In this document: piece after piece, positions 14,039-29,064 of the stretch
How positions within the stretch are numbered: the stretch's first letter is position 1
How the letters are laid out: each line of letters starts with the position of its first letter
Assembly: GCF_009914755.1 (NCBI RefSeq)
Contig: NC_060946.1
Direction: 5' to 3' (one strand)
DNA length: 64,000 nucleotides
From: the human T2T-CHM13v2.0 reference genome, Homo sapiens
Translations under genes and position numbers: made by a program
The notes under the pieces: model-generated
Told to the model about the DNA's origin: nothing
Databases searched by the model: none
What the model saw: only the letters and a program-made list of their open reading frames with translations

Positions 14039-14669
14039 CTTCCTTCCTTCTTTCCATCTTCCTTTCTCTTCTCTTCCCTTCCCTTGCCTTCTTCCTTCCT
14101 TTCTTCTTTTCCTCTTCCTTTTATTTTCTTTTTTCTTTTCCTTTCTTTCTTTTCTTTCTTTTTTTTCCTTCCTTCCTTCTTTCCTTCTTTCTTTCTTTAC
14201 CTTATTCTTCCTTCCCTCGTCCCTCCCTTCCTTTCTCCCTCCCTTTTCTTCCTTCTTTTCTAGTATTATTTCTTTCTTTCTCACGTTCTTGCTTTCTTTC
14301 CTTTTTTCTCCCTTCCTCCCGCCCTCCTTTTCTTCCTTCCTCCCTCCTTCCTTTCCTCTTTTTCCTTCCTTCCCCTCTTTATTTTCTTTGTTTCTTTGCC
14401 TTCCTCCCTTTTACGATTCTCTCTTCCTCCTTTCCTTCCTCCCTTCCTCCTTTCTTTCTTTCTCTTTCCCTTTCTTTCTCTTTCTTTCTTTCTTTCTTGT
14501 GTTCATGCTTTCTTTTTTCTCCCTTCCTGCCTTTCTCCCTTCCTCCCTCCCTCCCTCCTTTCCTTCCTTCTCTCATTTCCTCCTTCTTTTCTTTCGTCTT
14601 TATTTCCTTCCTTCCTTCCTTATTTCCTTCCTTCTTTTTCTTTGTTTTCTTTTCTTTCTTTCTCTTTAC
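14039..14669 (+). repeat. ~630 bp polypyrimidine (CT-rich, TTCC/TTTC) tract
   Basis: Nearly pure C/T on the + strand, read directly. Confidence 0.95.
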
Positions 14670-14754
14670 TACAATTCATATTATTCTAAAAAAATTAAGA
14701 GAGGGAGGCAGAAAAATAAAGAACGCTTTAATCTGCAGGTAAATAGATTATGTC

Positions 14755-15575
<821 letters not shown>

Positions 15576-16558
15576 TATTGTAATTGTATCATGAAAATGA
15601 GAACCATAATTTACAACTGCTTTTAATACTGCATTTGGATGTTTGAAATCACGTACATGGAAATGATCTCTATGTGCATGAGGGAGGATAGCAAATTGAT
15701 GCCAAAATAATGCAAATGCAAATCTTACACTCATTTCGATGTAGGTTTCATTTAATCTTTGAAATTAAAATGAAATTCAGATTGTGATATTTTGATGAAA
15801 TTAGACTAAAATGAACAATAACAAGATAATAACTTACTTATATTCTTTATATGGTCAATAAAGAAGTGATAGTGGAAAAAAACAAGATCAAATGAAGGTG
15901 ATGATTTAGGAAGTTGGAAAGATAGCTGAAACTACAAAATGGTATATAACCAGTGAACACTTAGATACACTGATTGATGAACTTCAGCTTTTGACTTGGT
16001 GAAAGCATAAAATGAGAGCAGCTGAGGTTTGCAAATTTGTAATCTCCTTGTGGAAAAACAGGGGAAAACACATCTCAGCCTAATAAGATTTATCTACTAA
16101 AGAGTCTAGACTTGATCCATTTGTCCTTGGAATTCAAAAGCTAATTCAAATACTGATTTGATGCATTGTGTGAACAACCATTGCTGATTATCATCGCATA
16201 CCTCGCAATCTCTTTTATCTGATATCTAAAATATTTGGTAATTCCTGGACTTTCTCTTTTCAAACCCAGTACGATTTAATTTCAATCTTAGAACAGTTGT
16301 CTTTGAGAAATTCTTCCCTCTACTGCATCTGTGAATGGGCATAGCATGGTTACATACATACTGTCACTCCATAGAACATTTGCTAAATTAAAGCCAAAGT
16401 TTAAAGCAAGAGCTTTAACTTACTGGTTTTACTAATGTTTTCCTCCCCAATAGCCACAACAATATTGATACCCTCACACTTTTTAACATAAAGCTTGGTG
16501 TTGTCTATTTTTCAGGTGCTGTCATCTATATGATCTCAGTATTTTAAAAATCAGCTTC

Positions 16559-16863
<305 letters not shown>

Positions 16864-18239
16864 AAAAATCAGCTCTCATTGATTTCTATGTAAATATGCA
16901 CAGGTGATGTCCATATAGACATAAATAATAATATTTCTGACAATGGGTCCATATGATCTTCAAAATGTAAAATGCCTATCTGTGTAATTGACTGGTTAGT
17001 CTCATTAATGAATGTAGATTCAATTCTACTTTCTTGTTCTAGGTAAATTATATAATCTAGCTTTTCATTTCACTTATTTACTGATAACAACAGGAAGAAT
17101 GACAAGATACCTATTTTGGAAAATTACTCTGGTAGGAGTAAAGATGAAACAATGATAGAATTGCACGGAAAACTAGAAAAAAGTATGGTCTTCTGATGTT
17201 CTATCACATCACATACTAAAGGCCTCATAAGACTCAGATATTTTATCTAAAAATGTTATTTTCATCTTAGGAATGATCAAAGCATGAGACTACAATTGTA
17301 TTAAAATGTGCTTGTATCACAAGCACATGTGCTAAAAAGGAGGGGAAAACATCACTACTGATATTTTAAACGTATGTTTTACTTTTCATCAACATGAACC
17401 TCAACTTGATATTATGCAGATTGAAGGAAATCACCCATAATTCCATATGAAGAAGGCCTGTGATATTTTATGGGAAAATAAATAGAGAAAATGCTAACAG
17501 CAACCCTATTAAGCATGAAGCTTTATGGAGCAAACACAAATCCAGTGGTGAAAGATACACATTCGAGTTCTGTTTGTTGTCTTGGAACAATACAGTTTAG
17601 AGGTGACTGGCGGGTGAGGAGAACATATGCGAGTCCACCAAAGAGAAAAGCTGAATGAGGCAATGCCTCTTCCTGACCATATCTCTTACTCAGATAACTA
17701 TATAATTTATTGCCCAGTAAAGGGTCTATTAAAAAAAATCATATTAAAAGTCATGCAGTGAAGTTGTCCAGGGAAATCAAGACTTAACAGTCTCACTCTG
17801 ACAATAATGAATAGGGGGGTTCCCTCAAGATAGACTAGGACATGACCCCACACTGGCAGGTAGTAGTAACAGAAAAGAACCCATGGAAAATCTTTACCTT
17901 ATGCTTGAGGTAAGGACCAGGCTAAAGTGAAAGCCAGACATAAAATTCTATCTAAAATAAATCCACAATCGAAGAAAATATGTGGTGTACAGGCATAAAA
18001 TGTCTTTACTGGATCATTGAAATAGTAAGATAAATTCAACTTTTTACATTGTTTTCTTTTCCTCCAGTTAGGGCTCGAGGTTTGTCTCTGGAGAGTGACT
18101 GTCAATTGGAGCCCTGCCTTTCTGGGGTTCTGGTCAGGGCATTGTGGATGCTTAACATGTGCCTTTCACAGGACACTTCCTTACCCCAGCAGTGGCCAGG
18201 TGTGCATACCACGACCAGGTCTCCCTCTCACAGAATATC

Positions 18240-19160
18240 TGTTGAGACTAGGAGATGCCTGGTGACTGTTGCCTGACCTGTGTCCTGTGTATTTCTGACA
18301 AGAGCCACTCTCAGAGACCCTGGCCAGGTGGAGAGTGAGGTTCCAGTGTAGGTCAGCTCAGACCCATGGAGGCCACAGAACAAAGCATGGGAAATCACAG
18401 AAGTAGGTTTATTACTCACAGATCGAGAGAGAAAAGGGTAGCTGAGAAGAGGGTTTAGCTGTGTCCCCAGCCAAATCTCATTTTGAATTCCCACATGTTG
18501 TGGGAGGGAACAGGTGGTAGGTAATTGAATCATGGGGGCAGGTCTTTCCCATGCTGTTATTCTGATAGTGAATAAGTCTCACAAGATCTGATGGTTTTAT
18601 AAAGGGGAGTTTCCCTGCACAAGCTCTCTTGTCTGCTGTCATGTGAGACGTGCCTTTCACCTTGCACCATGAATATGAGGCCTACCCAGCCATGTGGAAC
18701 TGTGCGTCTATTAAACCTCTTTCTTATGGAAATTACCCAGTCTTGGGCATATCTTTACCGGTGGTGTGAAAATGGACTAATACAGTAGCACACCTCATAC
18801 GGCTGAACAAAATGGGGAAGATGAGTGGGGAGCAGGAGAGAGAAAAGGGGTCTGTGGGACTCCAGCCTTTATAGGGCCGAGAACATTACCCAAATAAGTT
18901 TTCCACGGGGCACTAGTCTGTGGGGTGAGTGCCAGCAGGCACATTTCTTGACTCCCGCTGCAGGTCACTCTGGCATGTGGAGACTGTCCATGTGCGCTGT
19001 GAGGTCTGTGGGGTGAGTCAGGTAGGTTGTATCAAACGGTTCCATAGCTGGTAGTCACCAGGAGGAGGCAACTGTGTAGGGTCAATACCTGGGCCAGCCA
19101 CACTGAGGAACTGTGAGGGTTAGAACTGGAAATTGTCAAGGGAATCTGAACCCAGCTACC
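18240..19160 (-). mobile_element. Old ERVL-type LTR hosting a THE1 insertion
   Basis: An antisense polyA signal context ('gaagtaggtttattactcacag') and a TATA-like 'gcctttataggg' continue on both sides of the THE1. The family is uncertain. Confidence 0.45.
18443..18784 (+). mobile_element. THE1 (THE1B-like) solo LTR
   Basis: Runs 'gctgtgtccccagccaaatctcattttgaattcccac...gtctcacaagatctgatggttttataa...ggactaataca', with a 5 bp TSD GTAGC at 18438-18442 and 18785-18789. Confidence 0.93.
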
Positions 19161-21104
19161 ATAAGAGAGAGTTCAACTTATGTTCAATGTGAATGCCATG
19201 GCAATATTAAAAGGTAAGAATTCGCTCCATACGTGCTTGAGGTAAATAGGAGAAACCTAGAATTTATGTAAACAGTGAGAAGATTGGATGTGTTTTCCTA
19301 CACATATTTTAATACTAGCAGCATATTATATATGTCAATCCATCAGGCATTCAGAAATACATGCTTATGAAAATTTTTTGCACCATCAGACAAAAGACAA
19401 GGGTAGAAGACATTTGTAACCCTATAAACTCTAGTAAATTAAAAACAGAAGGACCTTTATGTCCTAACATATCTGTGTTGTGAAAGGCTGCCCTGTGAAA
19501 TACGGGATTTCTTAAACATATTTTAAAAATCATAGGTGTCAATATTTTTTAGAAATCCATTTAAATTTTCTCTTGCTGTTTTACAATGCCTATTTATTTA
19601 TTTAGTGGCTCTGCTGATTTTGTTGTATATCCTAAACTTTACATTTTCTTTAAAGGATGTTTTATACAACTTTACGTAAAATGTTTCAGTATCTTCACAT
19701 TCTCTCCCTGTCCTTTTGTTTTGCTCTTATATGGTGGTCTTGAGTCTTTTCTCTGGCTTTTCAAACCTAGTAAGACTAAGACACTAAAGTAACTTTGCCC
19801 GTGGTTTGGTAATGCCTTCTAAAGCACATCCTAAGCTCTCGTGCATACAGGGGTCTCCTTTGAGCTCTGTGCTTTTGAGATCCCATATACCTAAATTCCA
19901 GTATTGGAAATCAGTACTGCTCAGTTTCAGTTACTAAGTTTAAAAATGTATTTTAATAGCAAGTTAGTTTAGTGCACTCTTGCTTCTTTCTTGACTGCTT
20001 GTATACATGTATATTCCTTTAAATGAATCTTGGAATTTATTTAAAAATTTTAAATTATACTAATGAAACTGTATACTGTTGTGAATTCATAAGTGAATTT
20101 GGAAAGAATTTGTCTTTATGATACTAAATCCTTTTTATCCAAGAATCATATGTGTCTTTATATTTATTCCAGTCTATATTTATGTCACTGAGTAAATATA
20201 TAGAAATGTAGATACATACAGCTGTAGTTATAGATACAAATATAGATATAACATGTTAAATCTATATCTATCCCATATAACATATATACATGTTATATGT
20301 GTGTGTGTGTGTATATATATATGTTTATGTTATTAAAGAGCTCCCTTAAAATTTTTATTTTATTTCCTATATAATTTTAGGTTGAGCTTGAATTTTCCTT
20401 GTATAAACAAGCAAATATTTATACTAGTTTTAATACTGATGTTTAGACATTGCATCTTATTTTAGCATGGAATATTTTCACAATTATAAATATTATCTAA
20501 TATTAATAATGTACCTGTTAAAAATATTTAAAATTTTACCTTTGAATTATTTTATTGTTGAATTAAAATTCCTTTAATATGATAGTAAATTTCTATTTTA
20601 TGCTTTCTCTATGCATATGCAAATTAATCTATCCACTTCTCTATCTCTATGTAGTAACATATGAAAATCAGACCTCTCTTCTTCTAATGGACATACACAT
20701 GTTTGCCTATAGAATATCAGACTCTTTATAGCATTTAAAATCTTTAAAGACATGAATATTGCCTTTTAACAAATATATTTTAGCATGTACTGAGAATCCC
20801 CTATTTATTTTTAATTTGGGCTAATCAGTATGATTATTAATATTATTGGATTACCAAATTTGGAAACACACTTTCATCCCCAAGGTGGATATTTGTTTTA
20901 TTTTTTTTTTGGCCAATTTCTTGTGTTACTGTTTCAAATATTGTTGGAAATTATTTTTATTTTATTTGGCATTTTAGTATCAACATTTGCAATTGAGGTA
21001 CTCTACATATTTTTTCTTCAATATCTGGTGGGTTTTATATTTACTGCTATATTGGATTTGTAGTAGACATTGACAAAAATTATTGCTGTATGTTTTATAG
21101 CTGT

Positions 21105-21650
21105 ATGAAGGAAACTAATATATTTTACCCCTAAATATATTTCCTTGATATATTTCAAAATGACTATTGAGAAGGGCTGGAAATGCAAACTTAGCTGCAA
21201 AGCTGTCTTGGGGAGATTTGCACCGTTAGAGAGTCTGCCTTGATGCAGCCAGGCTTTCTCTGAGTTCTAACCCCTTGTCTGGATCTAGGAAGGGTTAACT
21301 GAGAGTCTGAGGTCTCCAAAGGTCTGAAAGAAACATTTTCTGTCTATTCTCTCTGAGGACTGCTCCCAGTGAGGTTCCACCTATGTAATAAGTCCACTGT
21401 TGCTAGCCAGGGTCGTTTTCTCACATAACCTTTTTATATTTTCCCTGTGATCCAAGACCCCATTCTTTCTGTAAACTTCATGTGGTAGATAAGCTTCTGC
21501 ATGCATCGTGTGTCTGGGTCTTCATTCTAAGGGCTCCAGTGTACACACATTGCAGAAACCTGTATGCCTTTTCTACTATTTATCTGCCTCCTATTAGTGA
21601 TTTTCAGGGAAACTTCAGAAGGCAAAAGGGACATTCTCCTTTAGCCCATT
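21105..21650 (+). mobile_element. ERV1 solo LTR (MER34/MER39-like group)
   Basis: Starts 'tgaaggaaactaatatattttacccctaaatatatttccttgatatattt'; the 3' part has 'aaacctgtatgccttttctactatttatctgcc...ttttcagggaaacttcaga'. Confidence 0.75.
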
Positions 21651-21859
21651 CTCAGACAAAATCCCCCAACATTTAACTGATTCCTAATAGCTTAACATCA
21701 CTTTGAAAAATCCATATATTTATAACCTTTTCTTCCCTCTATGATTTCTGGCCAGCTTGGGTTTTGTTTATCATTCCATTTACTTCATCCTCAAAAAGAT
21801 CTATTTTACATCTATTTATTCTCATTTATGGACCTTGAGAAAAGAAAATAACTTTCATA

Positions 21860-22287
21860 TGAGAAATGCAAGTCCTTTGAAATAATCAGGCCCAGAGAGA
21901 TATTCAAATGAGACAGCAGTTCTGTCCTGCTCCTCTTTGAGATGTGTGTTCATCTAGGCTGCCGCTGTTACCACAGTAGCTATAAATTAACCAATAAAGC
22001 CACACCAGACACTATAATCCACACCCAATAATAGTGTAACAGTGTATAGCCAATCACTAATAAATGTTATTTCCATAAGCCAATGAGAATTTGTGACAAA
22101 CCTCTTTGCATCATCCCACTTCTGGACCCTTTTTTGCCTTTAAGAAACTGCTTGTTGCAAAGCTCCAAAGGGAGTTCATATCCAAGGATACTTGGGTCTG
22201 TTTCTTCCAGGCAGCTGTCCTCATTGTGGCTCAAGTAAACTCTTTGAATTACGTTTTGTGCTTCAGCCCCTTCCACTTAGATTAACA
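21860..22287 (+). mobile_element. ERV1 solo LTR (family uncertain)
   Basis: TG...CA ends, a CCAAT box, 'ccttttttgcctttaagaa', and 'caggcagctgtcctcattgtggctcaagtaaactcttt'. Confidence 0.7.
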
Positions 22288-22401
22288 ACATGGATTTGTG
22301 TCACCATGTACAGCAATTAAAATGTTTACACTTTTCCTCTCGAGGGCACTGATGTGTTTTCCTGAGCACTTGGAATAGCTACATAGTGTTTACTTTCTAT
22401 A

Positions 22402-22597
22402 CTATGGTTTCTCAACCTTGGTAATATTTACCTTTAGGACCAGAGGATTCTTTGTGGTGGGAGGCTGCCCTAGCAATGCTAGGTGTTTCGTTTGACCTCT
22501 AAATTTCACACCTCCACCAGTCTTGACATCCCCACAATAACTCTAGACATTGACAAATGTCTCCTGGGGAAAACTCTCCACCAGTTGACAGCCAAAG
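22402..22597 (-). mobile_element. MER20 hAT-Charlie DNA transposon
   Basis: Matches 'ggtttctcaaccttgg...attctttgtggtgggaggctgccc...gacattgacaaatgtctcctgggg'. Confidence 0.8.
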
Positions 22598-23565
22598 TTC
22601 TGGAAATATTGGAATTGTCAATTGAGATTTTATGTTATCCAAAACAAATATTTTTCTTTGTTTTTAAACATCTACTTCCATCTACTTATCTACTTATTTT
22701 TACTTTTATTTGTAACTTAATTCCATCAAGGAGAGAGAGTGCATTTTCTGTTATGCTAAATTTTTGAAGAATGTATTGATTTTTTCTGACCTGCTATATG
22801 GATGATATGTAGATATTACATGTTTGTATTATCAAATTTCAGGGCGATAATAAAATAAATACTTATAATATTTATATTGTCACTGTATATTAGTTATTTT
22901 CTTTCTTCACTACAGGAGTTTTTCAACCTATAGGCTATTTTTCAATTCTAGGTTATCCAGTAGATTTTGAAATGTTATGATTAAATATCTACTTCTCAAG
23001 CACTCATCTTTGCAAATGAAACAATCCCAAGCTCTTATAATGCACATCATATAAAGGGGAGATTAGTCAATATATGTTTCAGAAATAATTATGTAGTATT
23101 TGTAAGAAATTGAAAATTTAGATCCTTAACTCAGATAACAATAATCCAAATTAAAATTTGATTTCATTACATAATTTAAAATGACACCAGAATACTAGTA
23201 AAAATGTAGATAAGTTTATATAATCTATTTTAGCTGTAGGACTTTATTAGCATAAATTCAAATACAAGAACCAAAGTAAGATTGAGACCTATAGTCAAAG
23301 GTTAAAATGTACACATTATAAGGGCATGATTAAACTAATTTAAAGCATAATAACATGGAGAAATATTGCAAAACATATATTTTACTGAATTAATTGTTAA
23401 TATCTAATGATTATGTCAGAACAAAATTAAAGAGTAGCTACACACGCACACACCCACACACAAGTGCAATATTGTCAAATAAACGATGTTCAGCTACACT
23501 AGAAATCACACCTGTGTTTTCTCCACAGAAAAGATTAAAAATCACAATAATATTTATTGTACATA

Positions 23566-24495
<930 letters not shown>

Positions 24496-25861
24496 AGAGA
24501 AAAGACAAATATGTAGGTGACAAATAATATTTAGAGTGTAAGACGCTCTTTAAAGGTATATTTGCAAATTGTGTCAAAACATTGAAATATACATTTGTTA
24601 TTTTAACTATAAAATTTCAAATAGTTTAAGCCAAATACATAGTATGTGCAGAAAATTTAGCAATATATCTATGTAGCACCTTACTGTGCATTACTGTAAC
24701 CAGCCGTCTAATATGAAGAATTAATTAAGGTAGCAGCTACTTTTCAAATAGCGCATTTTTTTACAGACCTATTAAATAAGACCAATAACATTTAAACTTT
24801 ATTTTTAAATTTGCAGAATAGTAGTTTTCAGCAGATGGTTTATTTTAGCAAATTCCATCTTCACATTGTGCTATGCTTTTATGATTTCCAGCAGTTAATG
24901 GATAATATTTTACTGCTGAAACTATCATGTGTGATATAATTGCTCATTATGGGCCTTAAAACACAAGCAATATAATTATTTTCAACTTGGAGCAAATTAA
25001 AATCTTATCAGCAATTTAAAAACTCTTGAGTCGTCTTCTTCTGGTTAATTATTTTAAACTTGTATTTTTCTCTTTATGTTTTTAGTGAGTTGTCTTATCA
25101 AGGAGAAGAACTCCAGCTGATTATTCTTTTTTTTCTCTTCCATCCACCTCGCAGGTGTGTTAATAATTTCATTTCCCAGAAAATGTTCTTTCATATCCAT
25201 CTTACAAGATGAGAGACTTTTTAACATCTTCCATTCGGATGTGATACCAGTAATGGAAAATATTCCAGCTTCATGAATATGGTGATACAAATGGTTATCC
25301 GTCTAACCTCTTTCAGTGCCAAATGTTTACTCAGTGAATTACTCAGTTGACTGGTAATTTCTTCTGAAATCACTAATGAGAGGATCAGAGTTCTGGCTGT
25401 TGTCTGTATCTCATATGACTTCCAGTACAGACAATTGTTTCTATGGAGCACAGACAGTTGAAAGGATTGACTTCCTGCCTAGAATAGTTTCTGCTGTGCT
25501 TCTTATCCTTCTTGTGGAGATTTCAGATTATCTGAATTGCTTTTCTATCTTAAGAAAAAACGCAACAATTCTCCCACCTGAGAGGAATGCAAACTGTAGT
25601 AAGTTAGCAGAGCCAATCAGTAAAATTTTTACATTGTTTGTTGCAAAATGCAGCGCTGGTGTCTCCATCACTAACCTTTTCTATCCCTCATTGCTCTTTC
25701 TTTGACTGCAATAGGATACCTCTAGGCAAATCTGTATTCCCGAGACAGAGTGCCCTTTTGGTGAGCTATAAGCACACTCAATGGTAGGCTGAAATACTAG
25801 CTTTTATCTATGGCGAAATGGAATCATATCAGTGATTTTTTTAAAAAGGAAATTTAACTCT

Positions 25862-26035
25862 TGCTATGGTTTGAATGCTTGCCCCTTCCAATCTCATGTT
25901 AAAATTTGATCCCCAATGTTGCAGGTGGGGCTTACTGGAAGGTGTTTGGTCATGGGGTTGGACCTTCATGAATGGATAATACCCTCCCTTAGAAATCTAA
26001 AGCTATCTTCCCTCCTCGGTGCCCTCAGGAATGAG
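25862..26035 (+). mobile_element. MST (MaLR) LTR 5' fragment
   Basis: Matches 'tgctatggtttgaatg...tctcatgttaaaatttgatccccaatgttgcaggtgggg'. Confidence 0.8.
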
Positions 26036-26874
26036 TGTACCATTCTTTATTCACCTATAATTCCCCCACTCATCCTTTTTGAGATATTAATTACATGTAT
26101 GTTACACTGCTGCATATTGTCTGACTTATCAGTGAGTTTCTGGCTTTCTTATTTTGGTTTACCCTTTGTCCTTTAGTTTGTAAAGCTTCTATTTTTTTCT
26201 ATAAATTTTCTGATGTTTGGGTAAAATCCATTACTTATTCTATCTCATGGAATTTTTATTTCTAATATTTATTTTTCATCTATACATGTCACATTTTTCA
26301 TTTTATAACTTCTATTTTTCTATATTCAATTTTCATTTAAGTGCCTTGACATATATATGTATTTACCTATATGTATTTATAAAATATGTTTACTTTAAGG
26401 ACCTTGAAATTTCCTTCTTTTCTGTCATTTATAAATGACTTATTTTTATCTTGTTAATATATGTCTTAAGTATATATATCTTACGGCTTCTTTGCATGTC
26501 AGAGTTTTTTTTGGGGGGAGTTTTTTGAGGTTATGCTATTGACTATCTAGATTTTATTGGCTACCTTTGAACAATGTTGTGGCAGGCAGTTCAGTAACTT
26601 CAGGATGAGTATTTGTCTGTTGTTGTTTTAAATCTTCTCTTTAAACTTTGTGGAGTTAGTCTAGAGCCATCTGTAATTTGGAGCTATATGAGCACTGTCA
26701 CTAGGGCATGAAACTCCAGTGGTCTTTACTGAATATCCTGGAGGTACAGAGGTGATTCCCTTCTCTGATTAGAATTTGGAAGATAAAGAGAAAAGAGAAA
26801 AATACAAAGCTATGCATAAACACGTGCATTAAAATGAATTTTATGTGGGCTTTTCCATGAAAATGTTCCTAAGG

Positions 26875-27110
26875 TATTTTATTTTTTTATTGTGGTAAAA
26901 TACACATAACATAAAATGTACTCTGTTAACCATTTTAAGTGTACAGTTCAGTGGTACTAAATAGAGTCATAACATTGTGCAGCCGTCCCTACCATCCATC
27001 TCCATAATTCGTTTCATCTTGTAAAACTGAAACTCTATACCCATTAAAAAATACTTCCCCATTTCTTCCTCCCCCCAGCTTCTGGCAACCATCATTGTAC
27101 CATCTCTGTA
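26875..27110 (-). mobile_element. L1MB 3' end fragment
   Basis: Matches 'attgtggtaaaatacacataacataaaa...aaccattttaagtgtacagttcagtgg...actgaaactctatacccatt'. Confidence 0.85.
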
Positions 27111-29064
27111 ATGCTAATCAAGCATAGTGGCTGTGTTTCTTGCTTCCTCTAGTCCGCAGGTAGAATACAAATGTAATAAACTACTTATTCATGTCACATC
27201 TATTTATTTTCTGCCTTATACCAAGCTTGTGGGATTCTCTTAAATACAACATTTTTATACTTACACCTATGCAATACCCATTAGCATCGCCTTCCTAAAT
27301 CAGGGGAAATTGAGCCTCTGTAAGGTGGAGTAACTTCCTAAGATATAAAACTCAGCATTGAAATCTGTATACTTCAATATCCTGCGCTCTTCTCATTTGT
27401 CTTTACTATCTTTTATGTATGTGTTAGATGTCCAATAAATTCTCTTTTTTAAACTGAATTTAAGCCATGGAGCAGTGTTTTGTTGAACAATAAATATGAT
27501 ATAGGACACTCTTCCTCCCTTTCATTTATGATCCTGTTCATGAAAAAGAGAAATTCTTTCATTGTGCTAGAAGCTTAAAATAAGGAAAATGCCACTTTCT
27601 ACATTAAACAGAAACTGAAGGGAATCAAGGTGAATTGCATGAGACATACAAAACAAGTGAGAAAGAAATCTAGTATAATTTGCCCTTTGTGTACCTTTAT
27701 TATTTAGCGTTTGAGTAAATGATTCCCCCCAATATCTTCCCATCTTAATTCATGTGTATAAAGTAGACATTTATGTCTCACCTTGTCAAGAAGGGCAAAC
27801 TCTAACATAAACATTTCCCAAAAATGCTTCCTGCTAAAACATAAGCTCAGTCTGGCAGGAAATGCAGCTCACTTCATAAAGATTAATTGGTAGCTAATTT
27901 TGCATGCTGTTCTCTGAACTTGAGTGAAACCTGTCCATCAGGCATACAGGGCATGATGGAAAAGGTGACAACAGAAGATGAATGCTATGTCACTAACCTT
28001 CAAAGATGACCTGCCTTTTCTTTCAAATTCTTGATATCTTAATCAAGATATCATTAATTCATCTCTCTTTGCCCTTGGTTCAACATTGTGCTATACCAAA
28101 ACTCATGCAAAACAATGATCTAATGTAATAAAAATGGCATTTTTCTTTGATCTAGATGCAAGCTAACTGGCATTTTTACAATCCACATATTTCCTTTGTC
28201 AATTTTTCATTCTGTATTGGAAGTAATTGATAGGTATTTCTGAAGGGATGAAGGTGTTTCTGTGTTCATTGTGATCCAAACTATTTTTAGACCTAGGGGC
28301 GTTTGTAAAACAATTTGTGCCAGCTGACCAAGGATCACTGTGGCAGAAAGCAGCAAATTTGCATAAGATGTCACTGCCTCATAAGTTGGCTTTGAAAACT
28401 AGGGGCTTACTCTATAGTCTTATGAATCAAAGGCATTGATAGATGTAGTATAAGATTACAATCATACTTTCCTTTTGACAGTCACATTATAAAGCATGAT
28501 GTATTGCAATTAATCTCAATTAGCTGATCACAATTAAAATTAATGTTTATTATTGCTGATAAACAATCATGACTCTCCTGTTCTCAAATGTGCAAATAAT
28601 TCTTGTAATTTTAATACAAATTTGCATATTATTATTAATTGATTTAATCTCATTGCATTTGGTTCATGGATCCAATTTATTAAAATATTGATAATGGGAT
28701 AATGATTTGTCTCCCCATTTCATGTACACTAAAAACAACAATTCTTACAATGGTCTGCAACCCCATCATGATCTGCCGCATGTTAACCGCCAAAATTCTT
28801 TTATATCTTCACCCTTGATCTTACCAGTGGTCCTGGCCACCTCACTGTCCTCTGGACATGCCAACACTCTGCTGCCTTATGACCAAGACTCTAGTTAATT
28901 TCTTGGCTTGGAAAGATAGCCCTCCATATATCCATTGATCAGCTCATTCAACTTCCTCAAGTCTTTACTGAAACTTCACATTCTCGATGAGGCCTATTCA
29001 GTATTTCAAACTGCCTCCCAGTTGCAACTTTCCAAAACCCCTTACTCTTCTGTGTATTTTTGAA

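Noticed and set aside
28032-28053. Perfect 9 bp-stem hairpin TGATATCTT-AATC-AAGATATCA
   Set aside because: It is short and AT-rich, so it is plausible by chance or by local template switching in 64 kb, and it has no functional context.
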